From Malacoraja senta (Eukaryota): DNA of 64,000 nucleotides. Positions 35,603 through 49,313 of this stretch are shown one piece after another. The notes under the pieces are model-generated. The model was not told the origin of the DNA, searched no databases, and was given only the letters and a program-made list of their open reading frames with translations. How positions within the stretch are numbered: the stretch's first letter is position 1; every line of letters begins with the position of its first letter. Made by a program: the position numbers and the translations under genes. The stretch covers positions 870,001 to 934,000 of the forward strand of contig CM075995.1 of NCBI GenBank assembly GCA_038087875.1, given 5' to 3'.

Positions 35603-37608
35603 CTGTTAAAAAGCAGAAAACAGGTGAGGAGAGAGGACGTGGAATACCTGCATCTTACGTCAAGACACATGGTGCACGTAAGATCGATACGGCAGGTCAT
35701 ATCTGAATTTTGCCATCAATTCAGTGTTGGACAGTAAAATGGAAACACAATGTACTGCATAAAACAAAACTGTTGGAGTAACTCAGCAGGCCAGAGTCTG
35801 ATGAAGGGTACTGATCTGAAACAGTCACAAAGTGCTGGAGTAACTCAGCAACTCTGGCAGCACCTCTGCAGAACATGTTGCCTATCCATGACCTCCAGAG
35901 ATGCTGCCTGACCCGACGAGTTACTCCAGGGAGTGGGCAGTGTGGTAGCCGCTCCTCTGCCTGGTCTGCCCCGGAGTTGTACAAGCCACTCTGAATACCT
36001 GTTGGGGGTTGGGTTATCAGGTTATTGGGTCACCTGGTTATCAATTCACAAAGTGTAGGAAGGAACTGAAGATGCTGGTTCAAACCGAAGATGGACAAAA
36101 AAAGCTGGACAAAAGGAATGGGTGATGTTTCAGGTCAAAACCCTTCTTCAGACTGAGAATCAGGGGAAAGTTAAATGCGAGATATAGACGGTTATATAGA
36201 GAGATATAGACAAAATCAATTAAAGGTATTCACATTCCTGTTTAATAGTGGGATCTATTTTTTGGCTGATTACACCTTGTCCATCTTTTAGCTCTGAGGC
36301 ACCAAGTCAGATGTGGTGACTTTGTTACTCGTCACTAAAAAATAAGCAAATAGCACGTGGCAACACTGCCCTCTACTGTGAATTCATTCCCCCAAAAAAA
36401 TGGCATCAGCAAACATCCACAGACCATGGAGCATGAAAGTAAACCTGTGATCAAGATCCTCGTCAGGTTTTCCAGCAGCTCAGCATCAGTTTTTCTTTTT
36501 ACATTCTTCAAATAATTGCATCTAAACTACATCTAAATGGTGTAATTTTGCTGATGGTGTGAAATGGACAAGCTGGATGGATTCAGTCATCCCTCATCGG
36601 TTCAGCGTTTCATTCCCATGTTAGCCATATCTAAATCCTATTTGCCTCTCCTTCAGATTAATGTCACTCTCCTTCCACTTCAACACAACTGATTTTCAGT
36701 TATTTTTCCAGTGGTCCTTGTGAAATGTCTCAACCATCTAACCCTCTGCAATCCCCACTTTATTTCTTGTGAATATTCACTAAAAACTATTTTCACAACA
36801 ATTGGTTCTTTGGGAAACTGTACTTCTGTAAGTTGATCAGAGTCCTTATTAAAATAGCTAAATGTTGCCCAAAATAAGTTCCTTAATGACTATCTCCAGT
36901 TGCCAGTTGTGAATAACCTGATTTTTTAAAAACATTACATCTGAAATCACAGGATGGATTTAAGAGAAATCAAATCACTGGATGGCCAAATCATTGGATG
37001 GATTTAAGAGAGTTAGATAGAGCTCTAGGGGCTAGTGGAATCAAGGGATATGGGGAGAAGGCAGGCACAGGTTATTGATTGGGGACGATCAGCCATGATC
37101 TCGAAGGGCCGAATGGCTTCCTCCTGCACATATTTTCTATGTTTCTATGTGTACATTTTTTTTAAGTCACTAAAAGTTAGTTCATAGAGTCATAGAATCA
37201 TACAGCATGAAAACAGACCAAACTCGTCCATGCCGACCAAAGATGCCCCATCCCAGTCAGTCCGCGTTTGGCTCATATTGTCCTAAACCTTTCCTATCCA
37301 CTTACCTGTCCATACCAAGTTCCTTCATATTTTTGATGTGGCAAAACGCATGAAAGTTGCCAGCCTGTGACTGTGCTTCACGAACTATGAGCATAGTTTG
37401 CAGAGCTGTCCTTGGCCATAGTAATCATTTGGAATCTTGTAATCCGGTCTCTCCCCAGTTTTGTGATGCTCGAGCATAAACAAACTCCAGGAGGAACTCA
37501 GCAGGTCAGACAGCATGTGTGGAGGGAACTGGACTGATGCCGTTTCAGGAGTGGGACCCTTCTTCAGATTTGTCTCTCCATTTTGTAATGCCAGACCTGC
37601 TTTGGCCA

Positions 37609-38425
37609 AATTGGATAGGATGAACAGCAGATGCTGGTTTAAATCGAAGGTAGACACAAAATGCTGGAGTAACTCAGCGGGACAGGCAGCATCTCTGGAG
37701 AGAAGGAATGGGTGACATTTTGGGGTCGAGACCCTTCTTCAGGCTGATGTCAGGGAGTGGGAGGGACAGAGATAGAATGTAGTCGGAGACAGTAAGACTG
37801 GTGGGAGAACTGGGAAGGGGGAGGGGATAGAGAGAGAGGGAGAGCAAGGGCTATTTGAAGTTGAGTAGTCAATGTTCATATCGCTGGGGTGTAAGCTACC
37901 CAAGCGAAATATGAGGTGCTGTTCCACCAATGTGCACTGGTCCTCACTCTGACAATGGAGGAGGCCCAGGACAGAAAGGTCAGATTGGGAATGGGAGGAG
38001 AGTTAAAGTGCTGAGTAACCGGGAGATCAGGTAGGTTAAGGTGGAATGAGCGGAATTGTTCAGTGAAACGATCGCCGCGCCTGCGCTTGGTCTCACCGAT
38101 GTACAGAAGTTGACACCTGGAACAGCAGATACAGTAGATGAAGTTGGAGGAGGTGCAAGTGAACCTCTGCCTCACCTGAAAAGACTGTTGGGGTCCTTGG
38201 ATGGAGTCAAGGGAGGAGGTAAAGGGACTGGTGTTGCATCTCCTGCTGTTGCAGGGGAAAGTACCTGGGGAGCGGGTGGTTTGGGTGGAAAGGGACGAGT
38301 TGACCAGGGAGTTGCGGAAGGAACGGTCTCTGCAGAAAGCAGAAAGTGGTGGAGATGGGAAGATGTGGCCAGTAGTGGGATCACGTTGGAGGTAGGGAAA
38401 GTGTTGGAGGATTATATGCTGTAAA
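37609..38425 (-). mobile_element. Penelope-like element 3' portion with terminal unit
   Basis: FTCTSSNFIYCICCSRCQLLYIGETKRR GIY-YIG ORF, then pyrimidine-rich UTR and a degenerate hammerhead unit at about 37712-37743. Confidence 0.85.
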
Positions 38426-39947
38426 TTGGGCAAATTGGATCCTGAACCAATACAAGATGATTTGGAGAATTCGTCCAATTAATATGTAGTCTTATCACCA
38501 CCTTTTTCCTCCCATTTATCATCAATGGTTCATTGGTTCCTTTATTATCAAGTGTAGCAAGGTACAGTGAAATTATTTTGTTTCCGTCTTGTAGTTTATA
38601 CGTTTGCTGCTCATTCTTTCTTTCTTTAGACTTAATTACTGTTGCAAGGAAATGCTTCTACCTTTGGCCTCCTGAGCTATTTATCTAACTCAATATATGC
38701 CATCAAACTCCTCTGTAACCTCCACTTTATTTCTTGTGCGAATAAAATAAAATGTCCCTTTGTTCAAGTTGTTTTACTGATAACGTAACTTACGCTTGGC
38801 TTGTATTCACTTCCTATGCTAAAAAAATGCTCTTCCTTCCAGGGGTCAGACGTGACTCACTTGGTTGGAGTCTCACTGCAGCCCAGAAAGGTTGTCGATT
38901 CAAGTCCCATTCAAGAGAATTGAGCACAAAATCAAGGCTTACACCTAGGGAATGCTTCACTATTGAAGGGGCTGCCCTTCAAATGTCTGATTAAAACTGA
39001 GGCTATTTCTGTATCCTCATGTTTGATGTAAACAGTTCTACGGTTTAGTTTATTGTCACGTGTACCAATGTACAGTGGAAAGCCTTTGTTGTGTGCTGAC
39101 CAGTCGGCAGGAAGACAATACATTTGCGATCCCAAGAGACAACTTCGAAAAAAAAATCCTTGAAAATATATTTGGGATTTGTCATTCAAATAATCACATT
39201 ACTGTTGGGAATAACCTCCCCAAGTGTGAATATTCACCACCATTATGACAGTTCACAAAATTATACCATTGCTGCAAAAAATTAAAGGTTATGAAAAAGA
39301 ATACTTGAATTCAAGTATTTCTTTCTCTTCCATAAAATGTGCTGCATTTTTATTTAGTGATAGGGGTTGACATTTCCTTTATGTTTGCTGTTTGCTGCTA
39401 CAGTTATAAGAGACATTGGTGAGGCCATATTTAGGGTATTGCATTCAGCTTTGATCACCCTCTTATAGAAAAATATTTTCTTAAGCTGTAAAGGGTGCAG
39501 AGAAGATTTCCGAGGATGTTGCCTGGACTCGAGGGCCTGAGCTATAGAGAGAGGTTGAGCAGGCTAGGACTTTATTCCTTGGAGTGCAGGAGAATGAGGG
39601 GTAATCTTCTAGAGGTGTATAAGATCATGAGAGGAATAGATGGAGGAATGGGAACCTGAGGGGCAATGTTTTTACACAAAGGGTTGTCAGTAAATGGAAC
39701 AAGAAGACAGAGGAGGTAGTTGAGCATGGTACTATCACAACATTTAAGAAAAATTTGGACAAGTACATGGATAGGTTTAAAGGAATAAGGGCCAAATACA
39801 GGCGGGTGGGACTATTGTAGTTGGGGAACGCGGTTCGGACGAAGGGCCTGTTTCCACGCTGTATGACTATGACTATGCTCCTGCTCAGCACAGTATTTTA
39901 CATTTTATGCTTAAAGATTTCAACAGTGCATCGCTGATTTTATTTAC

Positions 39948-40131
39948 TTGCATGAAACTGTTGCTATCTCAGCGAAATGTGTGCAAATCCCTCCGTTCAG
40001 ACAGAAGCCCTCGTGTGAAAGTGGACAGTTCATCTGGTGATTCTCCAGCATACTTGCTGTTGTTTCATCTGTGTTGCTCCTGGTAGTAACTTCTGTTGAA
40101 CTTTTAGTGGTCGGCGCAGAGCTGATCACAC
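39948..40131 (-). CDS. EGF: Pro-EGF exon: Ser/Thr-rich linker plus N-terminal part of mature EGF
   Basis: ttgttcag|...AA|gtaaat; 184 nt, phase 1-2; ...NHQMNCPLSHEGFCLNGGICTHFAEIATVSC(N), cf. human CPLSHDGYCLHDGVC. Confidence 0.93.
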
Positions 40132-40278
40132 CTGAACAAATTACAAATATTTCATTCCTTAAACAGTCTGATGTTGCAAGCAGCATTGTTACTGCAAAAA
40201 AAATAATTAGTATTTCCTTTGACACGTGCACCTATCCTTGCTTGTCACTGAGGAGGTGAAGGTGAGCGGACATCCTAA

Positions 40279-40816
40279 AGGGGCTGTCTCACTGCGGCGA
40301 CCTAATCCGCGAGTTCAGACGAGTTTGCCCTCGACTCATACTCGCGGCATGGTCGACACGAGCTCCTAGGAGGTCTTTGTAACTCTCGTTCATACTCGAG
40401 AGTAGTCCCCGCGTACTCGAGGCTTCAGCTAGGTCGCGGCGTATTTTTCAACATGTTGAAAAATGCCCGCGAGTAAAAAAAGGTCGCCATGGAAAAAATC
40501 GATACTTTTTTTACTCGTAGGTTTAGTCAAAATACGTCGGCATGTTATTCGTAGGTAATCGAGGGTAGTCGAAGGTAATCGAAGGTAGTCGAAGGTAGTC
40601 GTAGATAGTCTTCAACATAGTCGAACGGGGGTCGAAGGGAGGTCGAACGAGATCGAATAGGTCGTCTTCACTCCACTATTCGGTGTCCAAGTTTCCCGAA
40701 GCTGGTCTTCAACATAGTCGAAGGAGGTCGAAGGAGGTCTTCAACATGACATTTTTTCAAACTCTCCTAAACTCTTCTAAACTCGCCAATTAGGTTGCCA
40801 CAATGGGACAGCCCCT
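40279..40816. mobile_element. PIF/Harbinger-type MITE
   Basis: About 28-nt TIRs aggggctgtctcactgcggcgacctaat / attaggttgccacaatgggacagcccct; TAA/TTA flanks; internal gtcgaagg repeats. Confidence 0.8.
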
Positions 40817-41074
40817 TTAAACTGTTGCAATCACTGTTGGGAAGGTAGTCATATAGTATTGATGGATGAAGAACACAGACTTTGATACAGCGATAAGGAA
40901 GGAACGAATGTGATACATGACCAAAGAGTGGCAGTGTGGAACCTGGAGTCATGGTGAGGTATAGCATAGAAACAGATCGCTGGTTGGCATGGAATCGGCG
41001 GGCCGAAGAGCCTATTTCCACATTGTATCTCTAAAGTCTAAAGACCAAATACGAAGGCAGCTATTGCGGCAACA

Positions 41075-41377
41075 TAGGGTGGCACAGTGGCAGAGTTGCT
41101 GCCTTACAGTGCCCAGGGACCAAGGTTCGATCCTGACTATGGGTGCCATCTGTACAGAGTTTATACGTTCTCCCTGTGACCTGCGTGGGTTTTCTCCGGG
41201 TGCTCTGGTTTCCTCCCACACTCCAAAGACGTACAGGTTTGTAGGTTAATTGGCTTTGGTAAAATGGTAAATTGTCCCTAGTGTGTCGGATAGTGTTATT
41301 GTGCGGGATCGGTGGTCGGCGTGGACCCGGTGGGCCTAAGGTTCTGTTTCTGTGCTGTATCTACTAAACTAAACTAA
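41075..41377 (+). mobile_element. HE1-type SINE
   Basis: ggttcgatcc B box, conserved core, (aaact)n tail. Confidence 0.85.
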
Positions 41378-41892
41378 TGGTCCTTCAGCCCCCCAAAGTC
41401 CATGCAAACTTTCAACCATCCATTTACACTCATCCTACAGTAAACCCATTTGTAATTCCCACACCATTCCCATCAATTTCCACCAGATGTTATCACTCAT
41501 GTACACATTATAGGGGCAATTTACAGAGACCAAATAACCTGACATCCTGCATAAGCATTCAGGGGAAACCCACAAAGTGACATGGAGAATGTGCAAACTC
41601 CTCAAAGCCAACACTCACAGTTAGGATTGAACCCACCTCTTCGCTAGAATTAGTGAATGATGGAAATCATAACCATTTTTCCAAATCAGTTGTGTTCAGA
41701 TCCCAGGCTGTATGTGACCAAATGAGTGAATTTTTTTAAAGTCATACTGCCTGTGAATTTATAGATAATCCTGCATCTGCTTATGCATGCATGCATGCGC
41801 ATGCAGACACAGGCATGCACATACAATGAAACGTGCACACATACATAGATGCACACACACACACGTGCACATACACATGTGCATATACACAC

Positions 41893-42640
41893 ATAGAAAC
41901 ATAGAAAATAGGTGCAGGAGTAGGCCATTCGGCCCTTCGAGCCTGCACCGCCATTTGATATGATCATGGCTGATCATCCAACTCAGTATCCCATCCCTGC
42001 CTTCTCTCCATACCCCCTGATCCCTTTAGCCACAAGGGCCACATCTAACTCCATCTTAAATATAGCCAATGAACTGGTTTCAACTACCTTCTGTGGCAGA
42101 GAATTCCACAGATTCACCACTCTCTGTGTAAAAAATGATTTCCTCATCTCGGTCCTAAAAGTCTTCCCTCTTATCCTTAAACTGTGACCCCTAGTTCTGG
42201 ACTTCCCCCAACATCGGGAATAATCTTCCTGCATCTAGCCTGTCCAACCCCTTAAGAATTTTGTAAGTTTCTATAAGATCCCCCCTCAGTCTTCTGAATT
42301 CCAACGTGTACAAGCCGAGTCTATCCAGTCTTACCTCATGTGAAAGTCCTGCCATCCCAGGAATCAGTCTGGTGAACCTTCTCTGTACTCCCTCTATGAC
42401 AAGAATGTCTTTCCTCAGATTAGGAGACCAAAACTGTATGCAATACTCCAGGTGTGGTCTCACCAAGACCCTGTACAACTGCAGTAGAACCTCCCTGCTC
42501 TTATACTCAAATCCTTTTGCTATGAATGCTAACATACCATTTACTTTCTTCACTGCCTGCTGCACCTGCATTCCTACTTTCAATGACTGGTGTACCATGA
42601 CACCCAGGTCTCGTTGCATCTCCCCTTTTCCTAATCGGCC
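41893..42640 (-). mobile_element. CR1 LINE 3' end
   Basis: RDLGVMVHQSLK..RPHLEYCIQFWSP..RRLRGDLIETYK; (catagaaa)n tail. Confidence 0.9.
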
Positions 42641-42644
42641 ACCT

Positions 42645-42950
42645 GTATGCGCACACAAAGGGACATGCGCATACAGACAGACACACACACAGGCGCACAC
42701 ACAGGCACACACACACTGACACAGACACACAGACACAAACGTGCACACACACAAACGTTCACATACACAGAGGCACAGGCACAGGCACACACAGGCAAAG
42801 GCACACACACACACAGACACAGGCATACACACAGCCAGGCACTCACACAGACAGGCACACATACAGACAGGCACTCACACAGACAGGCACTCTCACACAC
42901 AGGCACACACACCAGCGCACACGCACTCACACACATAAGAACCACATACA
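42645..42950. repeat. Degenerate CA-rich repeat (acacacaggc units)
   Basis: Directly visible. Confidence 0.9.
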
Positions 42951-43041
42951 CCAATAGATACCAAAACATTTTGTGAAAATCTAAAGTTTAACATCCCTAA
43001 ATAACATAACGGACTCATTGAGTGAAAGCTTGCGTACTTAC

Positions 43042-43164
43042 GTAAACAATGATACCCTGTCCCTATAAATCCTCTGTAACATGTACAGGTGTAACTTCCA
43101 TCTGTATTGGTGCAGATAGCATTTTCATCGCAGCTGTGCACCCCAGTTATACATTCATTAATAT
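43042..43164 (-). CDS. EGF: Pro-EGF exon: calcium-binding EGF module
   Basis: ttttcag|...C|gtaagt; 123 nt; [41 protein letters not shown]. Confidence 0.93.
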
Positions 43165-43511
43165 CTGAAAAACCAACAAAATACATCATTTTAGAACATA
43201 TCATAAATGTGATTTTTCAGTATTATCTTCATATCTGATTTAATTTATAGGTTTCATTTCAAATTGATGGCTGGCTTTAAGAAGCTTGTTAATACATGTG
43301 GCAGACATAGACAGGAAATTAACTCAAGGTAGAAACTCTAGAATAGGGGCTTGAGAAATATTTAAAATGGGCCATTCGCAATCTCATGCCTGCTCTCTCA
43401 TTCAGTAGGATGATAACTGATACTTTACTTCAATGCTATTTTCCTGAGCTTATATCCCCTTAGTATCCAAATCCAGTCAATGTCTTTTTTGTATATATTC
43501 AACAATAGAGC

Positions 43512-43539
43512 CTGAAGAAGGGTCTCGACCCGAAACGTC
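43512..43539 (+). ncRNA. Minimal type I hammerhead ribozyme core (best preserved copy)
   Basis: CTGAAGA (43512-18), a, stem II GGGTC-tc-GACCC, GAAAC, GTC triplet; palindromic ACGT stem III as in minimal PLE hammerheads; catalytic activity not shown. Confidence 0.7.
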
Positions 43540-44465
43540 ACCCATTCCTTCTCTCCAGAGATGCTGCCTGTCCCGCTGAGTTGCTCCAGCATTTTGTGTC
43601 TATCCACAGTCTTTGGTATGTTGGAGGAAACCAGAGTACCAGGGGGAATAACCCATATGGACACCGGGAAAACATGCCAACTCCACATAGACAGCACCTA
43701 TAGTCAGGAGTGAACCCTGGAAGCTGGTGCACTGAGGAATAATTTGTCAAAGTAGAGCTGATTGAAGAGGTTATATGAATGTGCACATTACTGGCTGTAC
43801 CTTGCGCTAAACGTTATTCCCTTTATCCTGTATCTCTGTACACTCTGAATGGCTCGATTGTAATCATGTATTGTCTTTCTGCTGACTGGTCAGTACGCAA
43901 TATAAGCTTTTTACTGTACCTCAGTACACGTGACAATAAACTATGTATTTCTCTATAGAGCCACCAAGGCCCTCTCAGGCAGGGAACTAAAAGATCATTA
44001 TTCTTGGGTGTATTAAAAAATTAAAATCTCTGTCCTGAATGGTTGACCCCTTATTTTGAGAAAACATTATGCTTGCAACTGACCCGAGAGGTATGAACAA
44101 TTTTTTGTTGTGCCTTCATACATTTAAGAGTAGTCGAGGAAAGAGCATTCACGTCGCGGCCCTGTTTCCACCAATCTTTCCACCACCACGCACAAGAAGC
44201 ACAAGAAGCGACAAGACAGACATCATTGTATGCAGATGCCGAGAAGTGTGTTCAGCTCTGGCTGAACAACTTCTAATCTTGTGTGTGGACTCGATAAGAA
44301 GAAGATACATTTAAGTGTTTAAAGAAAAGCACACGAGCATTTAAGAGGCTTTTACGTACACACATGAAAACACTGGGTATGGAGGGATGTAGATCAAATG
44401 CAGACTGTCACGTTTGACACAGACATTGTGGGCTGAGGACTTGTTCCTGTGCTGTACCGCTCTAA

Positions 44466-44826
44466 GTGTAGGAAGGAACTGCAGATGCTGGTTTAAACCG
44501 AATATAGACACAAAACGTTGGAGTAATTCAGCGGAACAGGCAGCATCTCTGGAGAGAAGGAATGGGTGACGTTTCGTGTTGAGACCCTTCTTCAGACTAG
44601 TTAGAGATCAGGGAAACGAGAGATATAGACGGTGATGAGGATTTTATCTCTCCACATCACCGTCTATATCTCTCGTTTCCCTTATTCGTAACCAGGATGA
44701 AAAAGATTCTCAACCCGAAACGTCACCCATTCCTTCTCTCCAGAGATGCTGTCTGTCCCGCTGAGTTACTCCAGCTTTTTGTGTCTATCTTCAGTTTAAA
44801 CCAGCATCTGCAGTTCCTTCTGACAC
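44466..44826. repeat. Palindromic element made of two inverted hammerhead-bearing PLE terminal units
   Basis: Arms of about 170 nt: gtgtaggaaggaactgcagatgctgg...gacggtgatg and catcaccgtc...ccagcatctgcagttccttctgacac, with a short spacer. Confidence 0.85.
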
Positions 44827-45119
44827 AATGAAAATGGAAACAGGTCGTTATTAGCTGTAACGAGGTGAGAACGAAAGACTTGGGTGGGGGAAGGCTGTCC
44901 CTCTGAGTTACTCCAGCATTTGGTGTCTATTTTTGGTTTATTTATCTGCAGTTCACTGTTCAAAAAAAAAAGGAACTTTCTACCAAAGTACCAAAGTTTT
45001 ATTTTTCTACATTATATTGCATCATTATGGATGTCCACTCACTAAACTTGTCTATATCTCCCCAAAGTCTCTCTGCATCCATCTCACAGCCAACCTGGCT
45101 TTGTCACCAAATTTGGACA

Positions 45120-45967
45120 GAGTCATAGAGTGATGCAGTGTGGAAACAGGCCATTTGGCCCAACTTGTCCACACCGGCAAACATGTACCAGCTACACTAG
45201 TCCCACCTGCCTGTGCTTGGTCCATATCCCTCCAAACCTGTCCTATCCATGGACCTGTCTAACTGCTTCTTAAACATTGGGATATTCCCAGCCTCAACTA
45301 CCTCCTCTGGCAGCTTGTTCCATACAGCCACTGCCCTCTGTGTGAAAAAGTTACCCCTCAGATTCCTATGAAATCTTTTCCCGATCACGTTGAACCTATG
45401 TCCTCTGGTCCTCGATTTCCCTACTCTGGGCAAGAGACTCTGTGCATCTACCCGATCTATTCCTGTTGTGATGTAAATACTGGTGCCATCTTGAAGCATT
45501 TGTACTCGTCATCAATGTGTAAATGCCAGTGCCCTCTTGAGGCCAGGAGTAGAAGCTGCCAGTTTTGCCTGGGCCTCGTGACTGATGACAGGTGACCTTC
45601 TAGAAGTTTCTGTTAGTTGTTGGAAATAAACTCTCCTTACAAGATGTCGTCGGTATCGGACACAAATTCATTGTGCTAGCCACAACAGGATCATACAGCA
45701 GACATTACACCTCTCATGATTTTATACACCCTTATAAGATCACCCCTCATCCTCCTGCGCTCCATGGAATAGGGATCCAGCCTACTCAACCTCTCCCTAT
45801 AGTTTCCACCCTCTAGTCCTGGCAGCATCCTCGTAAATCTTCTCTGTACCCTTTCAAGCTCGACAATATCTTTCCTATAACTGGTGCCTAGAACTGAACA
45901 CAATATTCTAAATGCGGTCTCACCAATGTCTTATACAACTGCAATATGACCTCCCAACTTCTATACT
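45120..45967 (-). mobile_element. CR1 LINE 3' end (second subfamily), interrupted at about 45462-45705
   Basis: LERVQRRFTRMLPGL..RRRMRGDLI; SRTRGHRF. Confidence 0.8.
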
Positions 45968-48900
45968 GTGCATGATATATGTTGCATGATTTTCTCATCC
46001 AGGTTATTGAAATTGATTGTGAACAGTGGGGACACCAGCAGCGATCCCTGCAGCACCTCCCATCCTCCCACCACTAAATTATCCCATTTATTTCTCCTCT
46101 CTGTTTTCTGCCTGTTGACCAATTCTCAATGCATGGTAGTTGTTACTCCAAAACATTGTGCAGCTAATTTTTTTAATAATCACGTGTTTCCATACTGTAA
46201 GTCCAAACACGCCATTTCAGCTGGTTCACCCATAACTATGTATATGATTACAAACTAAAATATTCCAACATATTTACAAATGTGATTTCCCGTTCATAAA
46301 TCCATGTTGATTCTGCCTAATAATAATATTTTCTGCATTTTATTACCACTTCCTTACAATAGATTTGGGTATTTCCTAGTCTGGACTCCCTAGTCTGAAG
46401 AAGGGTCTCGACCCGAAAAGTCACCCATTCCTTCTTTCCAGAGATGCTGCCTGTCCCGCTGAGTTACTCCAGCTCTTTGTGTATATCTTTCGCTTAAACC
46501 AGCATTTACAGTTCCTTCCGACACACTTCTGGTATTTCCCTACAATTGATGGCAGCTTCCTTAAATATTGGGGTTAAATTTTCTACCTTCCAACCTGTAT
46601 GAAATGTTCTCAATGTCTGGAAAATTCAGGACAACCATTGTGTCCACTATTTCCATCACCACCTCTTCTAAAATGCCAAGATGCACATCAAGCGAATTAG
46701 GGATTTATTGTTTTTCACGTTGCACTAATTTTGAATATTTATGTTTCCTAATATTAAGTTAGTCAGAAGGTCATAAGGTCATACGTGATAGGAGTAGAAT
46801 TGGGCCATTTGGTCCATCAAGTCTACTCCGCCATTCAATCATGGCTGATCTATCTCTCCCTCCTAACCCCATTCTCCTGCCTTCTCCCCATAACTTCGGA
46901 CACCCGTACTAATCAAGAAGTACTAATCAATTCTAATCAAGAATCAATTCAAATTCAGACCATGTTCTCCCAGTTTTCAGGAAATATTATTATGAATAAG
47001 TAGGCCTGGTGTCGGGGGTTATGGTGAGAATGGGGTTAGGAGGGAGAGATAGATCGGCCATGATTGAATGGCAGAGTAGACTTGATGGGTCGAATGGCCT
47101 AATTCTGCTCCTATCACTTATGACCTTATAAAACAAGTGCAAAATATTTGTCTGATATCTCTCATATCCTCAAACACATTTTTTCATGTCGGTCTGTAAG
47201 GTATGATCACATTAACTTTTCCTTTTTACTTATCCACAGAAAATGCAAATTTGAACTAATTTCTCTTACTATCCTACCATAGTTTAATTTTTCTTCTCAA
47301 CACTTTGGTCTTCTTTTGCTGCAATTTGAATTATTCCAATGTTCAGATTTGCTGCTCTTTTAGGAAATAAAATAAGCTTTTTCCTTCGATCTAATACTAT
47401 CTTTAATTTCTACCAATAGCCAAGACTGGAGTGCTTCTCCAGTTGAGTATTTTTTCTTTAACAGGGTGACACAATGGTGTTACTGGCAGAGTTGCTGCCT
47501 CACAGTGCCAGGGACCCGGGTTCAAGCCTGACGTCGGGTGCTGTCTGTGTGGAGATTGCACTTTTGTCTTTGTGACTGCATGGGTTTCCTCCCACATACC
47601 AAAAACATGTGGGTTTGTCGGTTAGGTAGCCTCTGTAAAATTGCCCTGAATGTATAGGGAGTAGATGAGGATGTGGAAAAACATAGAACTACTGTGAATC
47701 GGTAATAAGTGGACTCATTGGGCCGAAGAGTCTGTTTCCACAGCGTACCTTTAAACTAAACTAAAAGAATAGTTATGACTTTGAATCTCTGTACCAATTC
47801 TTATGTGTTAGGCATTGCTTGTTTACTGTTATATCTTTTCATGATGTTTCCCAGCATACTCTTGCCAATTCATGCTAAATGGCTTCTTAGTTTGCATTGT
47901 TCAACATAAGGCTCTGGAGTCAGAATATTTTTTTTATATATAGCTTCCTATCATATTATAATCAGTGCTCCTTAAAGGCCTCTTAATGATCAGATCCTCA
48001 ATTAACCCTTTTTCATTACGCAATAACACAATATCTTGTTGGTGCCTGAACATGCTGAACTAAAACACATCTCTTATGAACCTAATGAATTTATCTTCTG
48101 CACTATTGATACCAACCTGGTTTGCCATGTGTGTGGTTTAGTTTAGTTTAGTTTATTGTCACGTGTAAGCACAATCTCACATTAACCTACATCCTGATCA
48201 GTTCAGTTCACTTAGTTTATTGTCACATGGACTGTGGTACAGTGAAAAGCTTTTGTCAGCAGAAAGACAATACATGATTACAATCGAGCCATTCACAGTG
48301 TACAGATACATGATAAAGGGAATAACATTTAGTGCAATATAAAGTCCAGTAAGATCTGATTAGAGATAGTTGAGAGTCTGCAATGAGGTAGATAGTAGTT
48401 CAGGACTGCTCTCTAGTTGTTGGTAGCATGCTCAGCGGCCTGATAACAGCTGGGAAGAAACGGTCTGGAAGTGTGCGTTATCACACCTGCACTTCTATAC
48501 CTCCGATTGAATGTCCCTTATGATTTCTATATTAACATCCATCTCTAATTTCCTGATTTGTGTGTAAAATCATGAAGGGAATTGATAGGGTGAATGCTCA
48601 GAGTCTTTTACCAAGGGTAGAGGAATCAAGAACCAGAAGACATAGGTTAATGGTGAGAGGTGCAAGATTTAATAAGAAACTAAGGGGCAACTTTTTCTCT
48701 GAGGGCCGATGGGTATATGGAACAAACTGCCAGAGGAGTAGTTGAGGCAAGTACCATGATTACATTTAACACTTGCACAGATACATGGGTGGAAGAGGTT
48801 TAGAGTGCAATGGAATACATTTGGGCAAATAGGAAAGCTTAAATGGGGCTCTTGTTTGGCTTGGACATGTTGAGCCAAGGCGTCTCTTTCCATATTGTAT

Positions 48901-49181
48901 GGCTCTATGATTCTATGACTTTATTTATACAATGCCCAGCTTTGCTATTTTTGTACTGTTGCAAATCCATGCCACTCATTTCTTCTGTTCCTCACTATTT
49001 CCTAACTCCATCCAAACCGATTCTACCTCTCTATTTTCCAAACTAAGATCCTTCCTCTCTATTGCCTTCGATTAATTCTTTAAATAGCTCCTAGAAAAAT
49101 GTCAAACAGCTCAAATAGTTGCCACCAACAGTATCTTTGACCAGCAAAGCCAATGCAACAGAAAAAAATAAAACACCTCAC

Positions 49182-49313
49182 CGTAACAGAAGAGTCCATC
49201 ACCACCACCACCATAACCAGGATGACATTTACAGACAAAGCTGCCCTCTGTGTTAATACAGCCTGTTACATGTTCACTGCACAGTGCCATGCCAGTAGCA
49301 CATTCATCAATAT
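49182..49313 (-). CDS. EGF: Pro-EGF exon: calcium-binding EGF module
   Basis: Read by hand. cttacag|...G|gtgagg; 132 nt; DIDECATGMALCSEHVTGCINTEGSFVCKCHPGYGGGGDGLFCY (DIDEC and CxNTEG motifs). Confidence 0.93.
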
